Below are positions 38,254 to 48,160 of a stretch of 64,000 nt of DNA, piece after piece. The DNA is taken from NCBI GenBank assembly GCA_963674865.2, contig CAXXYE010000004.1:224001-288000 (forward strand), written 5' to 3'. The translations under genes and the position numbers were made by a program. This stretch comes from Candidatus Hydrogenedentota bacterium. GTDB lineage: Bacteria; Hydrogenedentota; Hydrogenedentia; Hydrogenedentales; SLHB01. Every line of letters starts with the position of its first letter. Positions within the stretch are counted from its first letter, which is position 1. The notes beneath the pieces were generated by a model. The model ran no database searches, was not told where the DNA came from, and saw nothing but the letters and a program-made list of their open reading frames with translations.

Positions 38254-40620
38254 ATGGGCGGGAGAACCAACTTGTTGCATGAGAGAAAGGTGAGTGACGA
38301 GGGCCAAGACAAGGTGAGGCCGTTCCGCTCACCTGAGTTCCTTGCGGCTCTTCTCACGTTCACCGTGAGCATGGCCTGGTTCTGTGGGCACCTGAGGCCG
38401 GGCACGGAGTTTGGCATTTGGCAGGGGCCCATGCTGGAAGGGGGGGGGCTCCACGCGTTGCCTGTCCTGGCAGAGGGTATGACGGCGATAGTGAGGCGTT
38501 TGCCGGGGGGCACGTTTGCCTGGCGCCTGAGTGTCTTGTCGGCGGCCTTTGGGGGGCTTGCAGCGGGGATGGCGGCGTTCATTGGAGCGTCGATTGCGGC
38601 GAGAGTCGCGCACCGTTCGGCCGCCCTATTCTGCGGTGTACTGTGCGGCATATGGTTCGCTACGACGCCGTCGGTAACGCATGCCGCTACGGGGGCGGGG
38701 CCCGGCACGCTGAGTGCGGCGCTGGGCATGATGTCTTTGGCCGGACTGGTGATATATGTACAGGGGAGGCGGGACTTAGGCGTTCTCTGCGTGACTTCGC
38801 TCTGTGCCGGGCTGGCGACGGCGAACCATGTATCCCTGGGACTTCTCGTGCTGCCGGTTCTGCTCGTTTCGTTGATCTGCGATGACGATGGTATCCACGG
38901 CTTCCGGCGGGCGGTGCTGGCGCTCGCGGTTTTCGCCGCAATGACGCAGATACCGGTGGCTGTGGCGCTCCTTAGAGGGGAGACGCTGCGCGGTTTTCTT
39001 GGGCATGCCGTGCGTGCTCCTTATCCTACCTTTGGCGGCGGCCAGCCACACTTGGGATTTGGGCGGGAGCTCATGGGGGAATTGCCGCTGACGGCCATCG
39101 TGGCGGGGCTGCTGGGCGCCCTGATGTTCGCGAGTGCGGCGACGCGTCCGGCCGGACTCATCTGCGTCTTTGTGTTCCTGGTCTTTGGGCCTTTCCTGCC
39201 TTTGTTTACGCACCAGGGGGCGGCGGGCTATGCGCTGCGGGATGATGGCGGGCCGCGTCTCTTGGTGCTGGCGGCGACGGCAGTGTTTAGCGGGTGCGGC
39301 GTGCTTCTGGCCGTGGAGCGCTTGGCGAAAGGGCCTCGATATGTAGTGGCGAGAGCTATCGTGCTGGTGGGCGTTGCTTGTGCCCTTGTGGCGAGTCAGT
39401 GGGCGCCTTGGCCGAGTGGGAGTACCGGTGCGGCGTCCGAAGTCGCGGACGAGATCATGGCCGGTTGCCCGCCCGACGCAATTCTTTTCAGCGGCGATCC
39501 CGCGCTCACTTCCCTGGTGATCGCGGCACAGCAATGTGAGGGCAAGCGACAGGATGTTGTGGTGCTGCCGGCCCCTTACTTGGCGAATCCGGTGCAAAGG
39601 CGGAGGCTCTCGGCGCGGATTGGCGAAAGGGCAAGCCTGAGCGTGGATTATCCGCCGCGGGATGCGGTCGAGGTTTGGCGGCGGGAGGCGCCTATGCTGG
39701 TGCTTCGACTGCTGGAAGGGCGTGCAAAAGGGGAGTTGGGACGAAGCAGCCTGGAAGACCTGGCCTTGTGGGATTTCGTAAAGGAGAACGCCGCGCGGCG
39801 GCCTTTGTGCTTCATGGGGATGTCTTCGGCATGGCTTACGGCACGCGCACAGGTTTCGGGCTGTGTGTTGATCTATCCACGGCGCGAAGCGCCCGTCGCG
39901 GGCCGAGTGGAAAGGCTTCTCAGGAAGAACTTTGTGGGAGAACATGTGAATCGACGTCCCGACGCTTCCTGGGCCATCTACAACTTGCTGCTGCCGCTGG
40001 CCGAAGCGGCCCGACGGCAGGACCGCGGCGATGAGGCCTACCGCTTGGGCAGGTTGGCGACGATTGTCTGTCCTGGAAAACCGCAAGCGTGGTTAGGGCT
40101 TGCCCGTGTCAGCGCCCGGGCGGGGCGCAGGGAGGCCATGATGGAATTCGCGGCGGGGCATCTGCATGCGTTGGCCGCTGCGGAAGATGATGAGGGACTG
40201 AGCGAGGTACTGGGTTCAGACTTTGAGCGGTACGGGGCCGTCGAAGCGTTCAGGGCGGAATTGGCACAGGAGAGCGAGAAAGGAGTCCCGCGGCCTGATG
40301 TACGGAAAAGGGCTGCCGCCGAGCTTTGGGATTGGGATGAACTTGCGGTGTTGGCCGAGGGATATGGGCGCCTACTTGAGGCCTTTCCGACGGATGAGAG
40401 CGCGCTCTACCAGCGGGCGGCGGCCTTGGCGCAACTGGGAGATCTGGAAGGCGCTCGGCAGGACTTGAGCCGTTGGATCCGTGTTTCGCAGAGGTCTGAG
40501 GCGGAGATGGTGGCGTGTATCCGGGAGGATGGCCGCCTTGCCCTGCTGCGTACCTATGTGCCGGAGGAGGTCGAGCCGGAGTCGCCTGAAGTGGAAAGGG
40601 AGGGGCGGCCAACCTTGTAG
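38254..40620 (+). CDS. Multi-pass membrane protein, DUF2723/GT-C-like, with C-terminal TPR-like region
   Basis: About 10 TM helices, GLATANH, CPPDAILF...RQDVVVL and helical repeats at the C-terminus. The start may be the GTG at 38290. Confidence 0.6.
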   Translation: MGGRTNLLHERKVSDEGQDKVRPFRSPEFLAALLTFTVSMAWFCGHLRPGTEFGIWQGPMLEGGGLHALPVLAEGMTAIVRRLPGGTFAWRLSVLSAAFGGLAAGMAAFIGASIAARVAHRSAALFCGVLCGIWFATTPSVTHAATGAGPGTLSAALGMMSLAGLVIYVQGRRDLGVLCVTSLCAGLATANHVSLGLLVLPVLLVSLICDDDGIHGFRRAVLALAVFAAMTQIPVAVALLRGETLRGFLGHAVRAPYPTFGGGQPHLGFGRELMGELPLTAIVAGLLGALMFASAATRPAGLICVFVFLVFGPFLPLFTHQGAAGYALRDDGGPRLLVLAATAVFSGCGVLLAVERLAKGPRYVVARAIVLVGVACALVASQWAPWPSGSTGAASEVADEIMAGCPPDAILFSGDPALTSLVIAAQQCEGKRQDVVVLPAPYLANPVQRRRLSARIGERASLSVDYPPRDAVEVWRREAPMLVLRLLEGRAKGELGRSSLEDLALWDFVKENAARRPLCFMGMSSAWLTARAQVSGCVLIYPRREAPVAGRVERLLRKNFVGEHVNRRPDASWAIYNLLLPLAEAARRQDRGDEAYRLGRLATIVCPGKPQAWLGLARVSARAGRREAMMEFAAGHLHALAAAEDDEGLSEVLGSDFERYGAVEAFRAELAQESEKGVPRPDVRKRAAAELWDWDELAVLAEGYGRLLEAFPTDESALYQRAAALAQLGDLEGARQDLSRWIRVSQRSEAEMVACIREDGRLALLRTYVPEEVEPESPEVEREGRPTL

Positions 40621-40762
40621 CTTCCTTTCCTTGGGGCTATGTAGGCTTGTGGCGCCGGGGCCGTAGTCGTTAGGATGTGGCACTACTTCCTTTGGCCCGC
40701 GGGGGCAAGGTTGTCAGGCGAGGATTTCGCCGGCCTGGGTATCTCACACGTAGTTGTCTGCG

Positions 40763-40929
40763 GCCTGCTTTTCTCACCTATCATTCAATGGGAACGGGCT
40801 TGGTGAGGACAAGCGGCCGAGGACGTCGTGAGACGCTCAGTGGACTTTCGAACAGCAGGCTTGGGAAGAAGATCGCCCGTTCCTCATGACGTGCGTGAGT
40901 CTCGTTATGCGGCTGTGAGAAAAGCAGGC
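40763..40929. repeat. 167-bp element bounded by a perfect 15-bp inverted repeat
   Basis: GCCTGCTTTTCTCAC (40763-40777) pairs with GTGAGAAAAGCAGGC (40915-40929). Inner pair GGAACGGGC (40791-40799) and GCCCGTTCC (40875-40883). Confidence 0.8.
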
Positions 40930-40944
40930 TAAGGGAGTTCGGAT

Positions 40945-41754
40945 ATGGGCATTGTTCGGTGGTATCAGGGACTGATCGACGGGCTGCTTGCGTTCTTCCT
41001 GGAGCGTTTCGGATTGCCGGAACTGGCGCCGCAGTGGCGGCTACTCTACGAGATAGGCATTTCCCTTCTTCTTGTTTTCATGATCGCGGAGGTCGGCTTA
41101 CGCATTTATGAGGCCGTGAAGAAACGCCGGAACAAGCGGTCGCTCCTGGAGGACGAGCGCATTATCGAGCCGAAACTGAAGAAGCCGGGATTCATCGATA
41201 CGATTGAGGCGGCGCATCATCTGACGGGGACAATTCAGCCGCTTCTCAGGGCGAAGAAGTATGATCGGGTCGCGGATGTGTATGCATCGTTCAACATGCA
41301 TAAGGAGGCCGGCAAGTATTACCAGAAGGCGGGCGATCCGAAGCGGGCGGCCGTTGAATTGGCGAAAGCGGGGGAGACGCTCAAGGCGGCGAAGTTGCTT
41401 GTGAAGGCTGAGGATTATGTGACGGCGGCGCGCTTCTACTCGGAAGCGGGGAAGCATGAAGCCGCGGGCGACGCGCTGCGAGAGTCGGGCGATCTTCCGG
41501 CAGCGGCGGCGGCGTACTTCCGCGCCGAGCGCTATCCGAAGGCCGCCGAGTGCTTCGCGGATTACTTCGAGGAAGCGGGGGAGGCGGCACAGAGCCAACT
41601 CACGGCGGCTGATGCGTGCCTGCGTATGATTGAGACGGAGGCGATTCAAGAGAACGTTAACGCCGATTTCCTGAAAACGCTTGGCGAGACGCTTGCGGGT
41701 GTTTTTGAACAAGCGCAAAGGCCGGATTTGGCGCAGCGTGCCCGGGCCGTCTAG
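40945..41754 (+). CDS. Membrane-anchored TPR/helical-repeat protein
   Basis: GGGAG RBS, one TM helix and repeated A..Y..AG....AA units. Confidence 0.75.
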   Translation: MGIVRWYQGLIDGLLAFFLERFGLPELAPQWRLLYEIGISLLLVFMIAEVGLRIYEAVKKRRNKRSLLEDERIIEPKLKKPGFIDTIEAAHHLTGTIQPLLRAKKYDRVADVYASFNMHKEAGKYYQKAGDPKRAAVELAKAGETLKAAKLLVKAEDYVTAARFYSEAGKHEAAGDALRESGDLPAAAAAYFRAERYPKAAECFADYFEEAGEAAQSQLTAADACLRMIETEAIQENVNADFLKTLGETLAGVFEQAQRPDLAQRARAV

Positions 41755-41891
41755 CGGGGAATGTCTCGTACGCGCTCGTGTGCGCCGTGATCTTCTCACC
41801 TATTGCCCAACGGGGGAGGGTGTTTCGACGATTGAAGGGAGTTGGTGGAACGACTTCACCGGCGTATGAGATAATCGCGGAGTTGGACATC

Positions 41892-41968
41892 GCGCCTGTA
41901 GCTCAGCCGGATAGAGCAACGGCCTTCTAAGCCGTAGGTCGTGCGTTCGAGTCGCACCAGGCGCGCCA
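41892..41968 (+). tRNA. tRNA-Arg (anticodon TCT)
   Basis: Acceptor stem GCGCCTG/CAGGCGC, D arm AGCTCAGCCGGATAGAGC, anticodon arm ACGGC-CTTCTAA-GCCGT, GTTCGAG T loop and encoded CCA. Confidence 0.97.
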
Positions 41969-41982
41969 TATAGAGTATCATA

Positions 41983-42021
41983 GGCCAGAGGCTGATGGCT
42001 GAAGCCCCTGGCCGTTTTTTT
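41983..42021 (+). terminator. Intrinsic terminator after the tRNA
   Basis: GGCCAGAGGCT/AGCCCCTGGCC stem followed by T7. Confidence 0.75.
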
Positions 42022-42165
42022 ATGCTTGCGCGTGGGGGCCTCTGACGCCATTCGGCACGCGGAAGCCCTTGATGAACGCAGCTTCCGTCCGTCTTCCGCC
42101 GGCCGCGCGGTATTTCGGATAATGAGATTATTTCCGTCAGGCAGCGAATAGAAAGTGAGAGTGGT

Positions 42166-45100
42166 TTGAGGCGCAGTGTTGTGTTTGCGGTGTCGCTCGT
42201 GATGGCTTGCGTTTTGTTTCAGATGCACGGTATTGCGGATGGCGAAGTGAAAGATCCGCCGATGAAGGCAACAGCAGAGAGAAGTATGGAAGAGCAATTC
42301 AAGAATCCACCTCGCGAATTCAGTATGGCCCCGTTTTGGTCCTGGAATGACACGCTCGTTCCTGAGAAGCTGACGTGGCAGATCGATCAGATGATGGATA
42401 AGGGGATGTACTCGGCGTTTATGCACGCCCGCTCCGGCATTGAGTCCAGCGAGACGCCCTACTTCTCGGATGGCTGGTGGAAGGCGATCGAGGCGTGTGT
42501 GAAGCACGGCGCGGCCCACGGCTTCTACACGTGGCTGTACGATGAGGACAAGTGGCCGAGCGGATCCGCCGGGGGGCGCGTGGCGAAGCGCAATCCCGAG
42601 CGCAATCACCAGAAGTCGCTCCACATCGAGGAGTGGGAAGTGGCGGGGCCGGCGGGCGTGTCGCTGGACAAGCCGGAGGCCCTTTACTTCGTAGCCGGAC
42701 GCCTCCTCGACGACGACTCCCTTGCCCCCGACTCGCTAACGGACCTCACGGCAATGAAGGGCGGGGCATGGGATTGTCCCGAGGGCCGATGGCGCGTCTA
42801 CGCCTATTCCGTTGTGGACTACAACGAGATGGCCAACCACATGGATCCGGCCACGGTCCGCGATTTCATCGATATCACGCACGAGGAGTACTACAAGCGG
42901 TTTGGTGAGTACTTCGGCACAACGATCCCGGGGGTGTTTTTTGATGAGATCATGAATGATGCCGGTAAGAGCGCGGAGCATCTCGTATGGGCGGGCGGCT
43001 TCGCGGATAAGTTCCGCGAGATGCACGGCTATGACCTGGCGCCCTATCTGCCGGCGCTGAAGCATGACGCCGGCGTCCTAACGCCGCGCATACGTGTGGA
43101 CTTCTTCGAGACGTTCACGGCTTTGTACGAGGAGGCCTGGTTCAAGCAGCTCGGGGAATGGTGCGGAGAGCACAAGATTGCCCTTACCGGCCATACGGTG
43201 GAGGATCTGAACCGGTATATCACGCAGGGCGACTACATGCAGACGATGCGCCATCTCCAGATTCCTCTTACGGATAATGAGGATTTCCGCTACACCTGGC
43301 CGCGGACTATCGGCGCGTGGAAGCCGAAGCAGATCGCGAGCGTAAGCCATCTCTACGGACGGGAGCGTGTGGGCGCGGAGGCCTTGGGCGGGGCGGGGTG
43401 GACGTTCACACTCCACGCCGCGCGATACGGGCTAAACATGCTTTCGGCCTATGGCCTGAACTTCTTCGTGCTTCACCTGTTCCACTATTCCATGGCGAAT
43501 CCGGGGAATATGGACGACTGGCCGCAATCCTGGTGCTACCGCAATCCGTATTGGAAGTACTTCCGCACACTGGGCGATCACATGCGGCGGGTATCCTTCA
43601 TGCTCACCGGGGGCGATGCCGTGGCGGATGTTTCGATACTCTATCCGCAGGTGAACCAGTACGTCGGTTATGGGCCAGGCACGACGGAGGAGACGCTGGA
43701 TGCTCTCGTCGCGGCGCAGATCGACGCGGACATTCTCGATTCTCCCTCGCTCATCAGGGCAGAGATCCAGGATGGGGCCCTTGCCGTGGGCGGGATGCGG
43801 TATCGCGCCGTGATCCTGCCGGGCGTTCGATGCCTGCGGCGTGCGGAGGCCGATCGGCTGCTCGAATTCGCCCGGGCTGGCGGGATGGTTATTGTCCATG
43901 ATCGCTGGCCGACGGACTCGGCCGAAGAGGGGCGCGATGACGCGCACATGGCCGAGTTCCAGAGGGCCATGGAAGCGGCGGGCGTCTCGCTCATGAGCCT
44001 CGAAGCAACCGTGCCGCATCTGCGTTCTCTTCTGGACTGCGACGCCGTTTTCACGGGCGACAACGCCGTTCCACTTCGCTATCACCATCAGCGGCGCGGC
44101 GGGCGCGACATCTATTTCGTTATGAACGGCGGCCGGCGGGGTGGTACGTGGCTCGCGGATTTCCGTGCGGCGGGGACTCCTTCCCTGTGGGATCCGGAGG
44201 ACGGATCCATCTCGCCGATGCCTGATGCTCTCCATCGCGGTGGGCGCACGGAATGCACGGTGAAGCTCGATGGCTGGCAGGGGATGTTTGTCGTTTTCAG
44301 TGATGGGCCGCAACAGGAAGGCGGCGCTATTCTGGCCGACTCCAATCTTGATGACACACATCTGGCGTTTGACGGCGGTCACTTGACTGCATCTGGTTGG
44401 GCGGGTCCTGAGGCCGATGCAGCCAATGTGGCGGCGCGTCTGCTTCGCAATGGCAAGGAGGTCCCGATCACGCTTCGGGGCGAAGTCACGCGCGTGCCAG
44501 CGGCTATTGCGCTGGACGGGACGTGGAATTTCTTGCCTACGGGTGGTCAACTCGACTATGAATGGCGAACCGATGTGGAAGACAGCGAACTGGAGCTGCC
44601 CGTGATGCGGGCGCGGTGGGAACGGGATCCTGAGGAGTCGCGCAAGGCTTGGCACTTGCCGGAATATGATGATGGGCGCTGGCTGGAGGTCCCGGTGCGC
44701 GGGAAGTCTGCGCCGGAGAAGGGCGTGCAGCGTTATCGCTCCCGGTGGGAAGCGCGCCATATCTCGTGGCGTTTTCTCGAATTCGAACTGGATCGCTTCT
44801 TCGGGCAGCCGGTGGGAGGCAAGGGGCTTGCGTGCCGCAAGGTGTTCCAATTGCCTCCTGAGGTGGCCGGGGGGTGGCTAGCCGTGGTATGTGAAGGCCC
44901 GTTCCGGGTGTTGGTGAACGGCCAGTTGATGGGAGAAGGCGCAGGCGGCACCGCCCCCGCCATGATTCAGTTGGACGGACTTCGCGCGGGGAGAAACGTC
45001 CTGGCTATCGAGGCGGAAGACGCCAAGTCCATCCTGGCGGAAGGGCAATTGCTCCCGGAAAATGGGGAGCCTGTCCCGATCTTCACGGATGACACATGGG

Positions 45101-45873
45101 AAGTGCGTATCGAGGGTGAGGAATGGACTCAGGCCTGGGTGTATCTTGCGGCGCATGAAACGCCGGGCGGCGAACCGGAGTATCCGCTTGCTGTGCCGGC
45201 GCCGACAGCCGTCTGGCTGCGCCAACCGCTGCCTCCAGGTGTGACGCGCGTTAGCCTTCCCGAGATAGACGGGGATTGGCAGGCGTGGCTCGACGGCGAG
45301 CCGCTGGTGTTCTCGGATGGTGTGTGTCGCCTACCTGAGCCGGCGCGTAGCGGGGCCGTGCTGGCCCTGCGCGTTTCGATCGCCGGTGAAGATGAGAAGC
45401 CGGGGCTGGCGGAGGCGATACGTGTCGTGTGCGTACCGGCGGCGGAGCGCCTCGGATCATGGACAGAGCAGCATCTAGATTGGTATTCCGGAAGGGCGAT
45501 GTACGCGAAGGAGTTCGAACTCACTGACGCCTATGTTGAAGAGGATCTGCGGTTCACGCTCGACCTGGGCAGCGTGTGCTATTGCGCGGAGATCTGGGTG
45601 AACGGCGAACTCGCCGGAACGCGCGTCTGGCCGCCTTACCGTATCGACGTGACGGACCTCGTCCACGCCGGAAAGAACCGGGTGGTCATCGTGGTGGCCA
45701 ACCTACTGGCGAATCGCATGCGGTGGGATATGTTTGAATCGGCTAAAACCAACCTGTACGCCCGCCGCTGGCACGATAACACCATCCGGCGCGATGCGTG
45801 GGCACTTGAATCGGGGCTTGTTGGGCCGGTGCGGCTCATTCCTCAGCGCAAGGTAGTCCTGACGAGTCCGTGA
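42166..45873 (+). CDS. Large secreted glycoside hydrolase (GH106 alpha-L-rhamnosidase-like, with C-terminal GH2-type sugar-binding domain)
   Basis: Signal peptide, PFWSWN, WLYDEDKWPSG, FFDE, YSGRAMY, LDLGSV...VNG and SGLVGPV. Confidence 0.75.
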   Translation: MRRSVVFAVSLVMACVLFQMHGIADGEVKDPPMKATAERSMEEQFKNPPREFSMAPFWSWNDTLVPEKLTWQIDQMMDKGMYSAFMHARSGIESSETPYFSDGWWKAIEACVKHGAAHGFYTWLYDEDKWPSGSAGGRVAKRNPERNHQKSLHIEEWEVAGPAGVSLDKPEALYFVAGRLLDDDSLAPDSLTDLTAMKGGAWDCPEGRWRVYAYSVVDYNEMANHMDPATVRDFIDITHEEYYKRFGEYFGTTIPGVFFDEIMNDAGKSAEHLVWAGGFADKFREMHGYDLAPYLPALKHDAGVLTPRIRVDFFETFTALYEEAWFKQLGEWCGEHKIALTGHTVEDLNRYITQGDYMQTMRHLQIPLTDNEDFRYTWPRTIGAWKPKQIASVSHLYGRERVGAEALGGAGWTFTLHAARYGLNMLSAYGLNFFVLHLFHYSMANPGNMDDWPQSWCYRNPYWKYFRTLGDHMRRVSFMLTGGDAVADVSILYPQVNQYVGYGPGTTEETLDALVAAQIDADILDSPSLIRAEIQDGALAVGGMRYRAVILPGVRCLRRAEADRLLEFARAGGMVIVHDRWPTDSAEEGRDDAHMAEFQRAMEAAGVSLMSLEATVPHLRSLLDCDAVFTGDNAVPLRYHHQRRGGRDIYFVMNGGRRGGTWLADFRAAGTPSLWDPEDGSISPMPDALHRGGRTECTVKLDGWQGMFVVFSDGPQQEGGAILADSNLDDTHLAFDGGHLTASGWAGPEADAANVAARLLRNGKEVPITLRGEVTRVPAAIALDGTWNFLPTGGQLDYEWRTDVEDSELELPVMRARWERDPEESRKAWHLPEYDDGRWLEVPVRGKSAPEKGVQRYRSRWEARHISWRFLEFELDRFFGQPVGGKGLACRKVFQLPPEVAGGWLAVVCEGPFRVLVNGQLMGEGAGGTAPAMIQLDGLRAGRNVLAIEAEDAKSILAEGQLLPENGEPVPIFTDDTWEVRIEGEEWTQAWVYLAAHETPGGEPEYPLAVPAPTAVWLRQPLPPGVTRVSLPEIDGDWQAWLDGEPLVFSDGVCRLPEPARSGAVLALRVSIAGEDEKPGLAEAIRVVCVPAAERLGSWTEQHLDWYSGRAMYAKEFELTDAYVEEDLRFTLDLGSVCYCAEIWVNGELAGTRVWPPYRIDVTDLVHAGKNRVVIVVANLLANRMRWDMFESAKTNLYARRWHDNTIRRDAWALESGLVGPVRLIPQRKVVLTSP

Positions 45874-45897
45874 GAGGCGTGGGATGTCGTGGCCTGC

Positions 45898-47901
45898 CTA
45901 TCGATTGCCGACCGTGATGCCGGGCCATGTGTCCGTCCGGAAGGGGGCGGCGGGGAGCGCGGCGCCGTTGTAGAGGTTGCCGATGGGATTCGCGGCCCAG
46001 GCATACCGGACGGCAAGGGGCCGGGGCACGTTGGGACTGTTCACCACGACTGATTCGCCTTCGATGCGGGCGTCCGCCCAGTGAAACTCCCGATCTTCCC
46101 CTGCCACGGCGAAGCCTTGAAGCGGCTCTCCTTCCGGTGTTGAGAGTCTTTCGGCATGATCGAAGCTGAGGCGAACCTGATCACTATCGATGTGCATTGC
46201 GCGGAAGATGGGCCCTGAGCAGGGCACGTCTATTCCGTACACCTTGTGAAGGGCGTCTAGCGCAAGGCGGCGGCCGACTTCCTGCTTGTTGCGCGGGTGG
46301 ATGTCGTCGGCGTCGCCGATATCGATGGCGACGGCCATGCCTGTGTTGGGGAGGGATAGAGCCATTTGCTGGGCCTCGCGCAATTCCGCCCATTCGTCAT
46401 CGGTGGGGCGAGTCTGCCTGCGCTGCCAGTTGGCTAGTTGCACAAAGAGAAAGGGGAAATCGCCTTGCGCCCATTGGGCGCGCCAATCGGTTATGAGCGT
46501 CGTGAATAGACGCCGGTACTGATATGCGCGATCCGCGTTGGCTTCGCCTTGGTACCAGAGCATGCCGCGCATGCCGTAGGGGACGAGCGGAGCGATCTGG
46601 GCGTTGAAGATGACTGTGGGCCGATTGGCTCGGCTGGGCGGCCCGGCCGGGAGGGACGCGGCATCGGCTTCCGCGGGATCAATGCGGTATTTCCATGAGC
46701 CGGCCAGGGGCAGCGTTTCGCCGGCGGCAGTCTTGAGGTGCAATTGACGCGGTTCGCCGTAGAGCCCGTTGCGGTGTCCGATATTGAGAGCAAGAACGGT
46801 GATGACGTTGCGTCCGGGGCGAATTAGATCCTCGGGTACGGAGTAATTGCGGATGAGGCGACGGCCCGCGGTGCATCCGACTTCTTTGCCGTTGAACCAG
46901 GTGATATCGAAGTCGTGAATTGGGCCGAGGGAAAGGATTATATCGCCCGTGGGTTCCTCAGCTAATTCTACTTCCTTCCGAAGCCAAACCATTTGACGCA
47001 GGCCGGAGCCTGTCTCTTCCCTCTCTCGCGGCAGTTCAACAGGCGTCCAGTCTTCGGCGTCATATTCAGGAACCTGCCAGCCGCGAGTGTCAGCTCCGAG
47101 GCCGGATACTTGTCGGCGCAGCGCTTCTCTCCAGGCGTCGACCTTGCTTTCGTACAGCGCTTGAAATTGTTCGAGCGTGAAGTTCTCTTGCGTCATATTG
47201 AGGACGATCTCTCGGAACTCGGGATCGTTGAAGAGCGCGTCCCCGCTCATCCAATTCTCAATGGGGGTCCCACTCCAGGTTGTCTGAATGAGTCCCACGG
47301 GGATCCCGAGGCGGTTGTTGAGTTCCCGGCCAAAGAAGTACATGGCCGCGGAGAAATCGGTGACTGTGGCGGACGAACAGGGCAGCCAGCCATTGCTTGT
47401 GATGTGGCGGGAGGGCCGATCCGCGGCGGCATGCTCGACTTGGAACAGGCGTATGTTCGGGTAATCCGCCGCGGCAATCTCCTCTTCGCAGCGCAGGACT
47501 CGTGCCCAGTTGCTCTTGAGGGGCATCTCCATGTTGGACTGGCCCGATCCGAGCCACACCTCTCCGATCATGATATCCGAGACCTCTATGGTGTTATCAC
47601 CTGAGACGATGAGATCGAAGGGCCCGCCGGCGGGCATTGGCTCGAGTGTAACTCGCCACGTGCCGTCGGCCTGGACCTCAGAGGACTTGGTCTGCCCGGC
47701 GAACTCGACCTTCACTACGGCCCCCGGAGAGCCGTTGCCCCAGATGGGGATGGGGATATCCCGCTGCAGCACCATGTGATCGCCGAAGAGGGGCGGCAAG
47801 GTGATAGGGCCCGTGGGGGCCGGTGGGGAGGCGTTTTCCAGTCCGGCGAGGAGGAAGCCGGCTGTTAGGAATACATGCGGGATGGTGAAGGTGAAAGTCA
47901 T
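45898..47901 (-). CDS. Sialate O-acetylesterase family protein
   Basis: GEVWLGSGQSNM, WYQGEAN, DIHPRNK and AVRYAW. Confidence 0.9.
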   Translation of the reverse strand: MTFTFTIPHVFLTAGFLLAGLENASPPAPTGPITLPPLFGDHMVLQRDIPIPIWGNGSPGAVVKVEFAGQTKSSEVQADGTWRVTLEPMPAGGPFDLIVSGDNTIEVSDIMIGEVWLGSGQSNMEMPLKSNWARVLRCEEEIAAADYPNIRLFQVEHAAADRPSRHITSNGWLPCSSATVTDFSAAMYFFGRELNNRLGIPVGLIQTTWSGTPIENWMSGDALFNDPEFREIVLNMTQENFTLEQFQALYESKVDAWREALRRQVSGLGADTRGWQVPEYDAEDWTPVELPREREETGSGLRQMVWLRKEVELAEEPTGDIILSLGPIHDFDITWFNGKEVGCTAGRRLIRNYSVPEDLIRPGRNVITVLALNIGHRNGLYGEPRQLHLKTAAGETLPLAGSWKYRIDPAEADAASLPAGPPSRANRPTVIFNAQIAPLVPYGMRGMLWYQGEANADRAYQYRRLFTTLITDWRAQWAQGDFPFLFVQLANWQRRQTRPTDDEWAELREAQQMALSLPNTGMAVAIDIGDADDIHPRNKQEVGRRLALDALHKVYGIDVPCSGPIFRAMHIDSDQVRLSFDHAERLSTPEGEPLQGFAVAGEDREFHWADARIEGESVVVNSPNVPRPLAVRYAWAANPIGNLYNGAALPAAPFRTDTWPGITVGNR

Positions 47902-48160
47902 CTGTGAGTCTCGAACAACATGAGGGCAGGTTCCGGTTCCCAATTGCACACGAAGTATAGGTGACGGCGCGGGGCACTGTCGAATTAGTCGGCGATTGCG
48001 GAAGCGCCTTGTGTCCCATCGCTTCAGAGGGGCGCGGAGTGGGCAGAGGATGGCTTCGGTTCCTTTCCTTGATGCGGGATGCGGTGTTCGTTACCATTGG
48101 GCCGCATCGGAGCGTGTCGCTCTGCGTCAAGATGGCCTCACAGTATAGAAAGACAAGCCA

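Noticed and set aside
41892..41968. tRNA-Arg as an integration site
   Set aside because: I saw no integrase and no duplicated tRNA 3' end in the window.
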